A stretch of 64,000 nt of DNA from Tubiluchus corallicola (taxonomy: Eukaryota > Animalia > Priapulida), in assembly GCA_030141605.1 (NCBI GenBank), contig JAQGDQ010000790.1, forward strand, positions 1 through 64,000, given 5' to 3'. Shown here in pieces: positions 12,803 to 24,630 of this stretch (position 1 is the stretch's first letter; each line of letters starts with the position of its first letter). Made by a program: the position numbers and the translations under genes. Under the pieces are notes generated by a model. The model had not been told where the DNA came from. It made no database searches and saw only the letters and a list, made by a program, of their open reading frames with translations.

Positions 12803-12863
12803 GAGAGAGAGAGAGGGAGAAAGAAGAGAGAGAGAGAGAAAGAGAAGAGAAACACAGAGAGAG
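12737..12863. repeat. (GA)n microsatellite
   Basis: Read directly. Confidence 0.95.
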
Positions 12864-13779
12864 ATTATTATTATTATAACTCTTTTATTAACCTCTTTTT
12901 GCAGGTATACAACGAATCATTTCAATGTAATACATCCAAAGGAAATACAATTATACATCATGACACAGGTAACAAAAGTACAACTAGATCCAAAAACAAG
13001 TCACACAAAAAGACATTATGAATAATTGTAGACAATGATAAGAACAAGTTGACACACAATACTCAGATGTTGTTTGTACATATAATACAAGAAAAATAAT
13101 TACACAAAATACAACATTCACGTACAAACTATACAAATAATCACAACTAGAACTAGTAGCAACTATTGTTCAGAAGGTTTGCCCATATTTATGTTAAGCT
13201 TACTCTGCATCGTTATAATTATAACAAAATATATAAATTTATTTATCTTACTGTTTTTACACACTGTATATGGTCAACTAACCGGAAGTAATAAAAACTA
13301 CATTAGATTTTTGTAAATAATATCTTTCACCACTTGTATAAATTTATCACGAACTAATGCATTTCTTTTAAAGTAAATCTCTCTTAATTCCCGGTTGGGC
13401 AGAACATCGATAAGATTTTTTCTGGCTTCTTGGTCGACTAAACTGCAATTAAAGAGTAACAAAGAACAGCAGCAGAAACAACAAAAACAAGTTCAACAAC
13501 AGCAACAACAGCAACAGTAAAAAAGGGCGACCTCTTGGTACCCCGGCATTAGTATTTGCTTCAATATGAGGTGCAAAATTATTATTTTATCATTTTACTG
13601 ACCAAAATAATTGCGACTCGCAAGATGTAAAGCTCCAATACGAGGTGCTGATGATTCGTAAGCACCAAAGTGTTGCTAAGAATATTCCTACTTAAAAACA
13701 GCGCCCAGGTAAATATTCAAAATAGTTTTGCCAGACGTTACACACATGGCAACTACTTGCAATGATACATGTAGGCTGT

Positions 13780-14148
13780 TGTTGTGGAGATCGCTGGCAT
13801 ACATTAGAATTACATAGAACATTGTAGAATGTTCCGTTAGAATAATCGTCTTACCTTGTAGAATGTTCTAGAAAGAAACGTCTAGAATGTTCCCTAGCAC
13901 CCTATATAAGGCGAAGCAGGCCGCTGAGACGGGCACACGGATTCACACGGACGCCACTTACACATTCTCTTGTATACTTGTATTTTCAGATACACTCAAA
14001 CGTTTTCCAGATTTTCACGTTTAGTGTAATCATTTCGCGTTCCTTCATACTTTTGTGTCGTAGAATTCTCGCTTAATAAACTAGTTTAATTTGATGAAGT
14101 GTTTTCTGGTTTTCTCTACGAGCCTTCCGAGAGAAACAAAACACAACA
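13780..14148 (+). mobile_element. Solo LTR (369 bp, BEL/Pao- or Copia-like)
   Basis: TGTTGTG...CACAACA termini; exact 5-bp TSD GCTGT (13775-13779 and 14149-14153); TATATAA at 13903; AATAAA at 14075. Confidence 0.88.
13816..13893 (+). promoter_or_regulatory. Heat-shock element cluster in the LTR U3 region
   Basis: Perfect aGAAtgTTCtaGAAa (13860-13874); aGAAcaTTGtaGAAtgTTCc (13816-13835); aGAAtgTTCc (13884-13893). Confidence 0.7.
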
Positions 14149-14192
14149 GCTGTACAAGTAATTTTGTTGATTGGACAAATCTAACTTCATAC

Positions 14193-14271
14193 CTGCCGAA
14201 TGGAGAGCTTGTCTCAGTTCAAAAGTGTTAAGATTGCCGGACTTGTCTTTGTCATAATCCTTGAACACTTG
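14193..14271 (-). CDS. Calpain exon 15 (EF3)
   Basis: ttacag|QVFKDYDKDKSGNLNTFELRQALHSA-G|gtatga; canonical DxDxSG loop; 79 nt. Confidence 0.96.
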
Positions 14272-14519
14272 CTGTAAAGTAGAAAAAATAAATTAACCGG
14301 TAAATAATAGCAACAGTAACTAATGAGAAGACAAAACTTGGTGGCAGTAGCAACTTGTTACACTGAATGGATGCAGCAGGACCAGAACCTACCTAAGCAT
14401 TATGCATGACCCCAGTAGTCACTCATACCTCTACTGACCAGGCTAAGCAATGGTTAACTTTAGTTGCTAAGCATACACAGCAATTACACCACTATTCCTG
14501 TAATACAGCGGCTGAATTT

Positions 14520-14850
14520 CAACCGAACCTGATTTTGTCTGGATGAAACCAAGTCTGGTCGAATCTGTGTCTGGCTGAAACCATGTGTAGTGGAAGCCAC
14601 ATCTCGTCAAAACCAAGACTGTTTGAAGCCATGTCTGGCTGAGGCCATGTCTAGTTGAAGTCATGTCTGGTCAAAACCAAGTCTCGTGTTGTCAGAATCA
14701 AGTCCAGTTGAAGCCAAATCTGGTCAAAGCCAAGTCAGGTTGTAGCCAAGTTTAGTTGAAGTCATGTCTGGCTGAAGCCAAGTATGGTTGAAGCCAAGTA
14801 TGGCTGAAGCCAAACCTGGTTGAATCCAAATGTGGATGAAGCTAAACCGA
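14520..14850. repeat. Degenerate 16-bp minisatellite
   Basis: Consensus about GTCTGGTTGAAGCCAA. Confidence 0.8.
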
Positions 14851-14950
14851 AACCTCAGTTTTTGCCTCAGCCAGATAAATTTTGAATGTTTTTATCAAAC
14901 GTTCATTTAACTCTTGACAAGTTTAATTTCTGCGAACATATTCAATTTAC

Positions 14951-15019
14951 CTTCCACCAGCGGATGTTCTGCCAGAGTTCCCGGAATTCTGCAAGTCCCA
15001 GCTTTCCGGATCGATCCTC
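14951..15019 (-). CDS. Calpain exon 14 (EF2)
   Basis: ctcag|EDRSGKLGLAEFRELWQNIRWWK|gtaaat; 69 nt. Confidence 0.95.
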
Positions 15020-16457
15020 CTGAGTATGCAGTTAAAGAAACTCAACTGCAACTTGTGAAAGATCAGTTAAATTCAAGCAGAACAGTCATTATGCCATCAT
15101 ATATAGAGCAAAATACAGATTTGTTTCTTCACTACCAGAATGCAATCAAAGGCACAATGTGTTTCCTCACAATTAAATAAGCAACATATAAGAATTACTC
15201 AAAATATTCTTATATGTGAATACAAATAAAAATCCAGTATGAATTTTTGGGTTACTCAATTGTAAACAACCCTATAAACCTGTTCCTTTTGCCACGATGC
15301 CAGACTGGTTTTTGTTAATGTTATGCAAATCTCTGCTATTTACTCACCATGAGGCAAACAAAGCATACCAGTACGAAATTGTCACCAAGGCTATGGATAC
15401 TACGACAATCGTAAATGCATATATGTTAACAGTTGGCTTATTTGAGGAGTAGAAAGCAAAGACTATGTAAAATGTTTCTGAATTATTGATCATCAGTGGA
15501 CAGATTTACTAGCATTTGTGATTTCATGCAATTTTAACATTGGGCAAAATGTTTTTGTTCTTGCTGTTGTTTTGTGGCATTGAGTGGCTGGTGTGATGTA
15601 GTTGATGTGGTGCTATTTTTAATATTGTGACATCATCATAGAGCATTCTTGCAGCAAAACTGCAGAATGACTTAAAGAAAGACTGGATGATTTTTCATAC
15701 ACTACCCCCATTTTCAAGTACGACAAAAAGTACATTTTAACAAAATACTGCAAAAACTTTTTTGATAATAACGTAATAGATGAAAATCTTATTTAATGGC
15801 AGGCGAGCCCAACTATTGATGACATCACAAACTAACATAATTTTCAACAGCAAAAGTATTCCAAGAGTGTGCTGCGCATGTTTGCAAAAGCAAAAATTGA
15901 AGTACAGTGCTACTATAAAATATTCAGTGTCTTGTATTAAAACTAGGCAACTTTTAAGATAAAAATTCAAATTTCATATTTACTGCTGCATGAGCTGCCG
16001 AGTGTGTGCAGTTCGTCAGAAACAGAAACTAACACATTTGAATTGAGAGGTACAGTACCTGTTTTTTGCACAATGCTTTTCTGAAATGCAGGTGCTAGTG
16101 CCCGTCTAAATAGCGAATGGCGAAATGCATGAAACAGCAAAGAACTAGTGGCGCGAACGTGAAATTGTGTTTGTGTGGTAATAGTTCTTTCATGTAAATC
16201 GTATGTTTCCTTTCAGTATTTTAAAGAGCAGATTGTTTTGACCTACAGTTTAAGACTGGACCGGATTTTCCTTTGAAGGAACCGACAGTAGGAGATCCAA
16301 AACATAAAATGTTACTTTTACATTTTACGTACACATGCAAGCGTAACGTACATCCATGAGCGCGGGCAGTGAGTAACCCAATGCTTCACATTCCGGACTA
16401 TTTCACAACGACAAAAGCAGAGAAAACTTTCTTGCAACACAATTTAGGAAAGGATAC
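15020..16457 (-). other. U12-type (minor spliceosome) GT-AG intron
   Basis: 5' end GTATCCTTT; branch sequence TTTCTTTAAC ends 11 nt before the end of the intron; no polypyrimidine tract. Confidence 0.9.
15676..16272. mobile_element. Kolobok-like element, same family (inside the U12 intron)
   Basis: Collinear similarity to 24027-24630 and 39360-39960; degenerate TIRs. Confidence 0.75.
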
Positions 16458-16516
16458 GTCCATCATTGCCACCATACTTCTACAACATTCCAAGCTGAAT
16501 CCTTCAAACTCAAACT
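16458..16516 (-). CDS. Calpain exon 13 (PEF)
   Basis: tttcag|EFEFEGFSLECCRSMVAMMD|gtatcctt; 59 nt. Confidence 0.95.
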
Positions 16517-16845
16517 CTGAAAAATCATTATTGATTTAATTAATTAATTAAGAAAAACAGTTGCAGGTGACCAAAAAGTGATGGTGTTACTCGCGTGTGA
16601 AGACTTGCACAGATTGGTACAAGGCACGCTTCAACTTTTTAATTTTAATGCTATCCATTGAATGTTGATGCTGGTGAAATAAATATGATGACAAAATACA
16701 AGAAATTAAAAATAAATTAAACCAACATAAGATGAAATATAAATAAACATAAAATGTAAAATGGTAATAACAATAAAATAAAAAATAACGAGCAAACAAA
16801 AAGAAAACAAGAGAGCAAAATAAACAGAATGAAATGAAGCTAAGT

Positions 16846-17234
16846 TAGGGTTGCCAGACTATACGAGTCATGTTGATAATTTTGTCCTCTGTCCAGTACT
16901 GACCTTTCTGGGACATTCAAATCTCCAGTAATTTAGTTCGTTTTCAAATTTCGTAGTAAAAATATCTTTTGTTACCTTTATACGTAATTAGACTTTCTTT
17001 TCTCAGATTCTCTTGATGAAAATGACCCAAATGTAACGAGGAAACTAGAGTTACTAGATTTTTACACAAAACTGATGTGTTTGATGCCTGTTTGCAACTT
17101 GCTTTATGTTTTTAACTTATTCCTCTACTTTTATACAATATAATTCGTCTGGGTTTTTAGGCATGTGTATTTATGTATATAGTAACATAGAGAGAGATTT
17201 TAGGAGTGCCCGTATTTCTAATCTGGCAACCCTA
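16846..17234. mobile_element. hAT-like MITE
   Basis: Perfect 13-bp TIR TAGGGTTGCCAGA; TSD not recognisable. Confidence 0.7.
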
Positions 17235-18903
17235 TGTAACTAAGAAAAACAAGGAATAAACGCACTCCAGGATGAAAGTTTTAGTAACAAAATAATGATC
17301 TACAGAATCATAATAACAAAAAATAAACAGATCAGCAGCTATTGTTGTTTTAAATGGAATTATGGATGTTTGTTTCTATTAAGATCAGTGGCAGTACCCC
17401 CTCCTTTCACTCGATATTATCAATAATATTGAATATAACGAGTCTTAACTTCCTTAATTCTTTCTGTAAGCTTGTACATTATATAATCCTTAAGCTTAAT
17501 GTCTGTAGACGTCCCCTAGTTCACAAAAAATTACAAAAATCGTTGATGTAACTGTGCACTTCACAGTTCCAGTGACGTGGTGTTTGGCTGTTTTGCGCAT
17601 GCGGCCATGCACACGTGTTCGAGATAAGAAGCTGCATGCTAGGTAGAGAAAGCACTGTCGCTCACGCAGTGACGACCCTGTTATGCAAGTGTTTTGTTTA
17701 CGATTTTATCAAGTTCATGTACAAATTTTCTTTTTATACGTTTGTTTAACTTAACAAAAATATTAAAACAAAGACTAACAACTTTTTGAAACAGCACCCC
17801 CACTAATTTTAATTACGAGCCACCACTGATTGTGTGTACTGCAGTTGGAACATTTTAACAGATGTGGTATAATCTAGAGAATTTCACTTTATGAATGACT
17901 CATAATTTCTCCTCAAAATGTTCTTCCTGGAAGTTTTTTCGGTGGTAAATTTTTTAGTTGAATTCTGGTTAAATTGGCAGGAATTAAAAAGGGAAAATCG
18001 ATTAACTTAACTTAACGTTAATAGATTATTTACTCATGTTTAACAAGATAGGTTTTCACCAAAACTAAATGTCTGCAAAGCCATTGCTGATTGATGTTGA
18101 TGATTGTGGAGGGACAGGAATCTAGTTAACTATCAAGGTGAAGGTCAAGGTCAAAGTTCTTATAGATGTGATGCTAATTTGGTAGAAGCATCTCAGCCAC
18201 CCATGAATGTGTTTGCACTTGCTTTAACTGAGGACAGACATAGCTGGAAAAGCCAGCCGGAACCAGTCTTTTCTACTGTAATCCATGTAGTTACTTTCCG
18301 GGAACAACATTGCTTAACTTCGACCTGTACGATATTTAAGTTGCATGCGCCAACTATTGCAGAAATTTCAGCAGGATAACAGGCTCGTAATATGCAACCG
18401 TAATTCCTCAGTCAAAAGCAAGGCAACAATAAAAAATTTATCACATACATTGTACCTATTCCTGTGCGCAACAACAACAACAATTGTGACAATGATGACA
18501 GCAGTTATCACTAGGGTTCATTCTTGGAATGGGTCCAACCAATAATTAACAATATGCACTGAAGTTATGAGGATGGATTTACACACTGTCTGGATCACGT
18601 CGTGCTTATAAATTTTTACACAATGATCGTATTAGATGAAGATAAAAGGAAACAAAATGCAGAATATAATGAGATGCATAATTATGATAATGAGCAAGAA
18701 GTTTAATGGGAGAATTCACGTTCCAACTTGCAAATGCAAGTAACTGCAGAACGAATGCTGAAAAGGGACGAGTCCCAAAACAGGACAGACGAATCGTGCA
18801 ACTCCAGTTGAGCGAACACGTCAGAACAAGACAGGCTTGCCCAAAAAAAACCACCCCAAGAAATCAGGCACAGCAGTTCAGCTAGGGGGGAGAAACGGTG
18901 TAC

Positions 18904-19051
18904 CCTTCTTCAACGCATGGTCCAACACGGCTTTCAACTCTTCGTAATCGACTTCTAAATCTTCCCCGGATATCCGTGCGAAAAAATCCTTCACCCCAAC
19001 CTGCTCCTCAACTGGCTTCGTTGATTCTTCGACCGGCTTTACCGTCTTCGA
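18904..19051 (-). CDS. Calpain exon 12B (linker and EF-hand 1; mutually exclusive with 12A)
   Basis: TACTAAC branch point, then ttttag|SKTVKPVEESTKPVEEQVGVKDFFARISGEDLEVDYEELKAVLDHALKK-G|gtacac; 148 nt, phase 0 to 1. Confidence 0.9.
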
Positions 19052-19099
19052 CTAAAACACGGACGATAAACGGTTAGTAAACATGTATAAAGACCTTAC

Positions 19100-19229
19100 C
19101 CTTCTTAAGAACTGTATTGAGCACCGTGTGCAGTTCCTCGTAATCGATTTCGAGGTCCTCTCCGGCAACCTTGGAGAAGAAGTCCTTGACAGCCAGCTCT
19201 TGATCCCTACTGGGTGGCTTCACGGGTTT
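19100..19229 (-). CDS. Calpain exon 12A (linker and EF-hand 1; mutually exclusive with 12B)
   Basis: ttacag|KPVKPPSRDQELAVKDFFSKVAGEDLEIDYEELHTVLNTVLKK-G|gtaagg; 130 nt, phase 0 to 1. Confidence 0.92.
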
Positions 19230-19746
19230 CTGTAATTACCAGAGAACGTTCGAAGCACTTGAAATGAAGACAGATATGAAGGCATTTATTTGAAGCTGCA
19301 CAATGAATGAAGTGTTTGCACTTATGGATTGCAATTCATACAAGACACTTTAAGTTTGAACATGTTCAGAAAAAAAATTGAAAAATTATTTGGATTAAGA
19401 ATGTGAATGCAAGAATGTTCATAAACCACTGCAGTTTATACTACTACAATTACTACCTTTGAGGGTAATGATTGGTAATATTTGCAGGTAACCATTAAGC
19501 TTATACATCAAAGTTTGATGTTCTGCCTTTAGTTTAAATGAATTTATAATTCTATAAGTGTATTCTTAATAGCGTAGTATATGTTTTTTATAGCGATATC
19601 TATGTATGTAATCATACCTTTGTAATCAGTGTACGTAAGTGAATTGTAATTTGTTATTACCCAATAAAATATGAAATATGAAATGAGTTGAAAAAAGAAG
19701 GGAGATGCTGAAGAACAGTGAACCAGTCGAGATTTGAACACCCCCG

Positions 19747-20505
19747 ACTACTCCCATGTACTTTCTGCATCTGAGTTACTTGTCCAACATGACAGAGCAG
19801 GCCCGACATTCCCTCATTGAGGCACACCATCCAACAGTGCCACCGAGACCTGAAATTACTACTCCCATGCACTTTCAGCATCTGAGTTACTTGTCCAACA
19901 TGACAGAGCAGGCCCGACATTCCCTCCTTGAGGCACACCATCCAACAGTGCCACCGAGACCTGAAATTACTACTCCCATGCACTTTCAGCATCTGAGTTA
20001 CTTGTCCAACATGACAGAGCAGGCCCGACATTCCCTCCTTGAGGCACACCATCCAACAGTGCCACCGAGACCTGAAATTACTACTCCCATGCACTTTCAG
20101 CATCTGAGTTACTTGTCCAACATGACAGAGCAGGCCCGACATTCCCTCCTTGAGGCACACCATCCAACAGTGCCACCGAGACCTGAAATTACTACTCTCA
20201 TGCACTTTCAGCATCTGAGTTACTTGTCCAACATGACAGAGCAGGCCTGACAATCTCTCATTGAGGCACACTATCCAACAGTGCCACCGAGACCTGAAAT
20301 TACTACTCCCTGGCACTTGCAGCATCTGAGTTACTTGTCCAACATGACAGAGCAGGCCCGACATTCCCTCCTTGAAGCACACCATCCAACAGTGCCACCG
20401 AAACCTGAAATTACTACTCCCGTGCACTTTCAGCATCTGAACTACTTGTCCAACATAACAGAGCAGGCCCGACATTCCCTTCTTGAGGCACACCATCCAA
20501 CAGCG
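19747..20505. repeat. 111-bp tandem repeat, about 6.8 copies
   Basis: Period of 111 between successive ACTACTCCCATG; central units nearly identical. Confidence 0.97.
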
Positions 20506-20903
20506 CCATCAGTTCCCCGACTGGTTCGCAATTTTTGTTAAATAAACTGCAATAGTTTATGAACATTCTGCCATTCGCAGTCATAATCTTATTAATCACA
20601 TTGTTAATTGATAGCTAATTTGAAGAATTAATGTTCAAAATGCGACCGATGTTTAAATTCTTTCTATTAGATGATTATTGTTTTTTATTTAATGATTATT
20701 AAACTGTTTTATTAAATGCTGTTATGATGCAAACTTATGTGACTCATGCACGAGGTAAAGACTGCATGTCTACCGAAAATTTCAGGCCTACCATGAACAT
20801 GATGAAATAATAAATGAGTGTTACACTAATCAAGTTAATGATAATCTTGTTAATCAAATGCTGCACAAATTTGCCTTGTTAAAACATTCTACAATTTTAT
20901 TAA

Positions 20904-21766
20904 GCACAGACGATTGTTTCGACTTAGCAGACATTTTCAATGTAATAAATCCAGCTAAAAGGGAATAATTAGTACATTTGATAGCGTAATATCAAAGCAC
21001 AAGAAAACCCTCCACTTACACAAAGGTTAAAAAATTCGCTCGCTCTGAAATTTTATACCATTTACATACTGCCTTTTTGCAGACAGGGCTTGCGTCGTCT
21101 GCAGTAACGCTGTATAAAACATATGAACATGTAAATTCAAACTCGCACGATGACAATAGCTCATTTGAAACAAATTTAGGTTAACACTGAGTGAAGTATG
21201 AAAAAATAATCTGAGCATTCGTAGCACACATGTTATTAACTAAGAAAAATTTTAAATTACTGTATCTTGTTAATAAGATTACATAAAAATACATTTTTTG
21301 CTTTGTGAGTGGCACACCATGGAGGGTAAGTCAACAACATTTTACCAGTTGGTGAAGACATTTTTAAGAATTAATAGATTTCTTTTCTAATTACATAATT
21401 CTTTCATGCAGGTAAGCGAAATGCCAAGTAATATAAGTTTGACGGAAAGTTTTCTAGGACATAGTTATTTGCTTTTCTTCTTTTCTTCCCCTGCGAGTGT
21501 TTATATGACATCATGTAATGCACACTCAGTAGTGTTGCGGAAATTTAAAATGAGAACAAACAAAACAGCCTTTCAACACGAGTACTTTATACGCATAAAA
21601 TTACTATGAAGGATATAATTTTTTTAAGGTGATTTTTCTAAAACCTACTTCATGTACCCCTTTTCCTTGTCCTTTAAGGTACACAATACATCATTACAAA
21701 ATATATAATTTTTGGCTTGATTCGTAGCAATGAAAATGACTGCTAAGTCGAAACGCTCGTCGGCAC
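20904..21766. mobile_element. TTAA-flanked MITE with about 39-bp TIRs
   Basis: TIRs match at 32/39; related internal sequence at about 40600-40810 and inverted at about 43960-44310. Confidence 0.75.
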
Positions 21767-22523
21767 TTAACAAAGACGTTGATTCCTAAAGGATGTTTCT
21801 TTCTTATATGTTATTTTAAGGTCTTTCAATTATGTATTCTATGCGCTACTGAATTGTCTTGATTTCTCAAAAAAAAGATGCAGTGTTACGACTATTCTCT
21901 GTCATTATTGTGAGAAATATACTTATGTGAAAAAAAACCCACTGCAATCTCACTGCAAATTGTTAACACAGCAACTACGATTAAACTGTTCAGGCCACTG
22001 TTCTTGAGAATGAGTAAAACACAGATTTGTGACTCGGAAACCCTTAGAACATTTCTGAACTGGTCACGGCAAATCATTAAAATCATAACACAGTCACCAT
22101 CAACGCTTTCTGTCATTTGTTTGTCTATCAAAGCTAAATTAAAATGATGTTACATAGTCAAGTCAAAATTTTGTTACTTAGAAAAGTTAAAATTTTTCTT
22201 TCCAGTTTTCATTTTAGACTTGTTAACTCTCCCGCATAGGGCGTGTCACACATATTTAAGTCGTTCACACGCATCAGATTTCAGTTCTCACCCATTCTGA
22301 TAGTTCACACACAAGTTTGCAAAATCACCTGGCTTCATTTGTCACCAGCTTCAATGTTGACATAATTAGTAGTAATACTCTTAATAATACAGTAGTATTT
22401 ATGCAGTTCAACTCACATTATATATGTTTATACTTTATAGCAAAGCATATGAAAATAAAAAAATTAAGCACTTCTGCGTGTTACTGAGCTTCTTTCATGT
22501 ACAAAAAGAACTTTTTTACATAT

Positions 22524-22790
22524 AGTGTGTGTGTGTGTGTGTTGTGTGTACGTGCCTGTGTGTGTGTGTGTGCGTGCATTTGCATGTGTGCATGTGAGTG
22601 TGTGTGTGTGCACATGTGCATGTGGTGTGTGTGTGTGTGTGTGCGCACATGTGCATGTGTGTGTTGTGTGTTTTTGTGTGTGTACGTGTGTGTGTGTGTG
22701 TGTGTGCGTGCATTTGCATGTGTGCATGTGAGTGTGTGTGTGTGCGTGTATGTGTGTATGTGTGTGCATCTTTGTTTGTGTGCGTGTGTG
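22524..22790. repeat. Compound (TG)n/TGCA microsatellite
   Basis: Read directly. Confidence 0.95.
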
Positions 22791-24026
22791 TAAAAATGTA
22801 CAAATATCCGGGCAATAGTGAGATCTCTGAGCTTTCGACATTTCACACGCATGCAGGTCTGAGTTTTCAGTTTCTTATTTTTAACTTGACAAAATAGATC
22901 TTATAAGATTTACGATTTTTGTGGTACTGTATGAACACAGACATAACTAAATGATTACAAATTAAGTCATCATAACAGTCTCGGCTATCCAATCATGCTA
23001 TTTGTTTAAACATATATCAGCGATTTAGTTGAATAAAATTGAGAAAAACATGGCTTTTTCAGGCACTCCAACTTAGTATCTTCAGTAACTTAGTCTGGTG
23101 TACACTTGCGTGTTCAAACGTTCAAAGTTAAGTTTACGGCACTAGCATTTATTTCTGCTAGAGAAACACGTAAATTAACTTGACAACTTCACACAATATT
23201 CTATAACCTCACGCACCTCATGACAATCTCATAAAGCACCCACTTTAGCACTCGCCAACACTCCGTCCATTATTCACTAAATGCAAAAACCGGATGATGC
23301 AACGCCTGCCAATCATTAATATAGGGCAGCATCATCCAATAAGAGTAGATTCAATGGAGCAATGACATTTTGTTTTAATGTTGAAATGAGTTGTTTAAAT
23401 AAATCATGTTGCCAAACTGTTGATTTCTTTTCTTATGAAATAAGGCATGCTTCCTATTAATCATTATCTATTGTTATGCTTTAGTTTCGTGTGTCAAAGG
23501 ATTTCTCACCCATGTAAGATTTTTTCTCCAGTGTTTTAATTTATTCTTAAAAACCCAACAACCCACAATTACCTTCATCAGCAACTCATAAGAAAGTGAA
23601 AAAATGTATCCAAATTTGGAAGAAGTTCCAGAAGACGCACTTAATTTACGAAAATTAGCACACAGCAAATTGAATAGAGAACACTTTCGCAAATATGGAA
23701 GGTTCGAGAATTAATTAACTGCTGAAATAATAAATAGTTTAAAATGCGAAAAAATTTGAACGATGTCAACAAAAAGTGACAAATAGTACATGCACAAAAA
23801 CAAATCCATGCGTGAGAATTGAACCCACAGCCTAAGCAGCTCAACGGGATATACTCACAACTTTTTCCTTTTCCTGTGTTCATACGTGCAAATACGGGTG
23901 CAGACAGAACATACATCAATTGAAATGAAAGAAACAGTGCGTTAAATATATCACATTCATTTGACGAGAAGTGACTGTTGCTTAGCAACAATGATAATAG
24001 CACGAACCACTACAAGGTACATTTAA

Positions 24027-24630
24027 AGGAAAACAGGACAATTTTTTCATCATATCCTACCTCCATTTTAATGTATGGTAAAAAGTAATTAACAGCTATA
24101 TAATGCCAAAGCATTCATTGTAATTAAACAATAGGCTGAAAACTTTATCAATGGCAAACAGCCCAGCTAGTGCTGACATCACAACTGAACATAATTTCCA
24201 ACAGCACAAACATTCTGTGAGCATTTGCACAGATTTGCGAAAAGCAAAAAAGGAGAAATACAGTAACTACAGTAGAAGATTCAGTGTGATGTAAAAAAAA
24301 AGTTAGGTTTAAAATGCGCATTTCGGACTTATCGCTATGCTCGCGCATGAACTCTCTCTTACCTGTGCACTACATCACAACCGAACACCCCTGAAATGAG
24401 AGGTATGGCACCTGTTTTTAGTGCAATGTATTTCTGAAATGCAGGCGCTAGTTTCTACCTAACTAGCAAATGACGAAATGCACATAACAGCGAAAATCTA
24501 GCCGTGCGAACGCGAAATTGCATTTGTGTGGTAATAATTCTTTGACGTAAGTCATTCTTAAAAAACAGTAAGTTCCCTTTCATACGGTAGATTGTTTTAA
24601 GCTAAGTTTAAGATGATGTCCGGTTTTCCT
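24027..24630. mobile_element. Kolobok-like non-autonomous element (about 600 bp family)
   Basis: TTAA flanks; TIR AGGAAAACAGGACA / AGGAAAACCGGACA; internal sequence shared with three other copies in the window. Confidence 0.8.

Noticed and set aside
19657-20541. Long ORFs on both strands with 37-aa repeats
   Set aside because: A 111-bp unit simply propagates stop-free frames; one unit has a stop; intronic, with no splice support.
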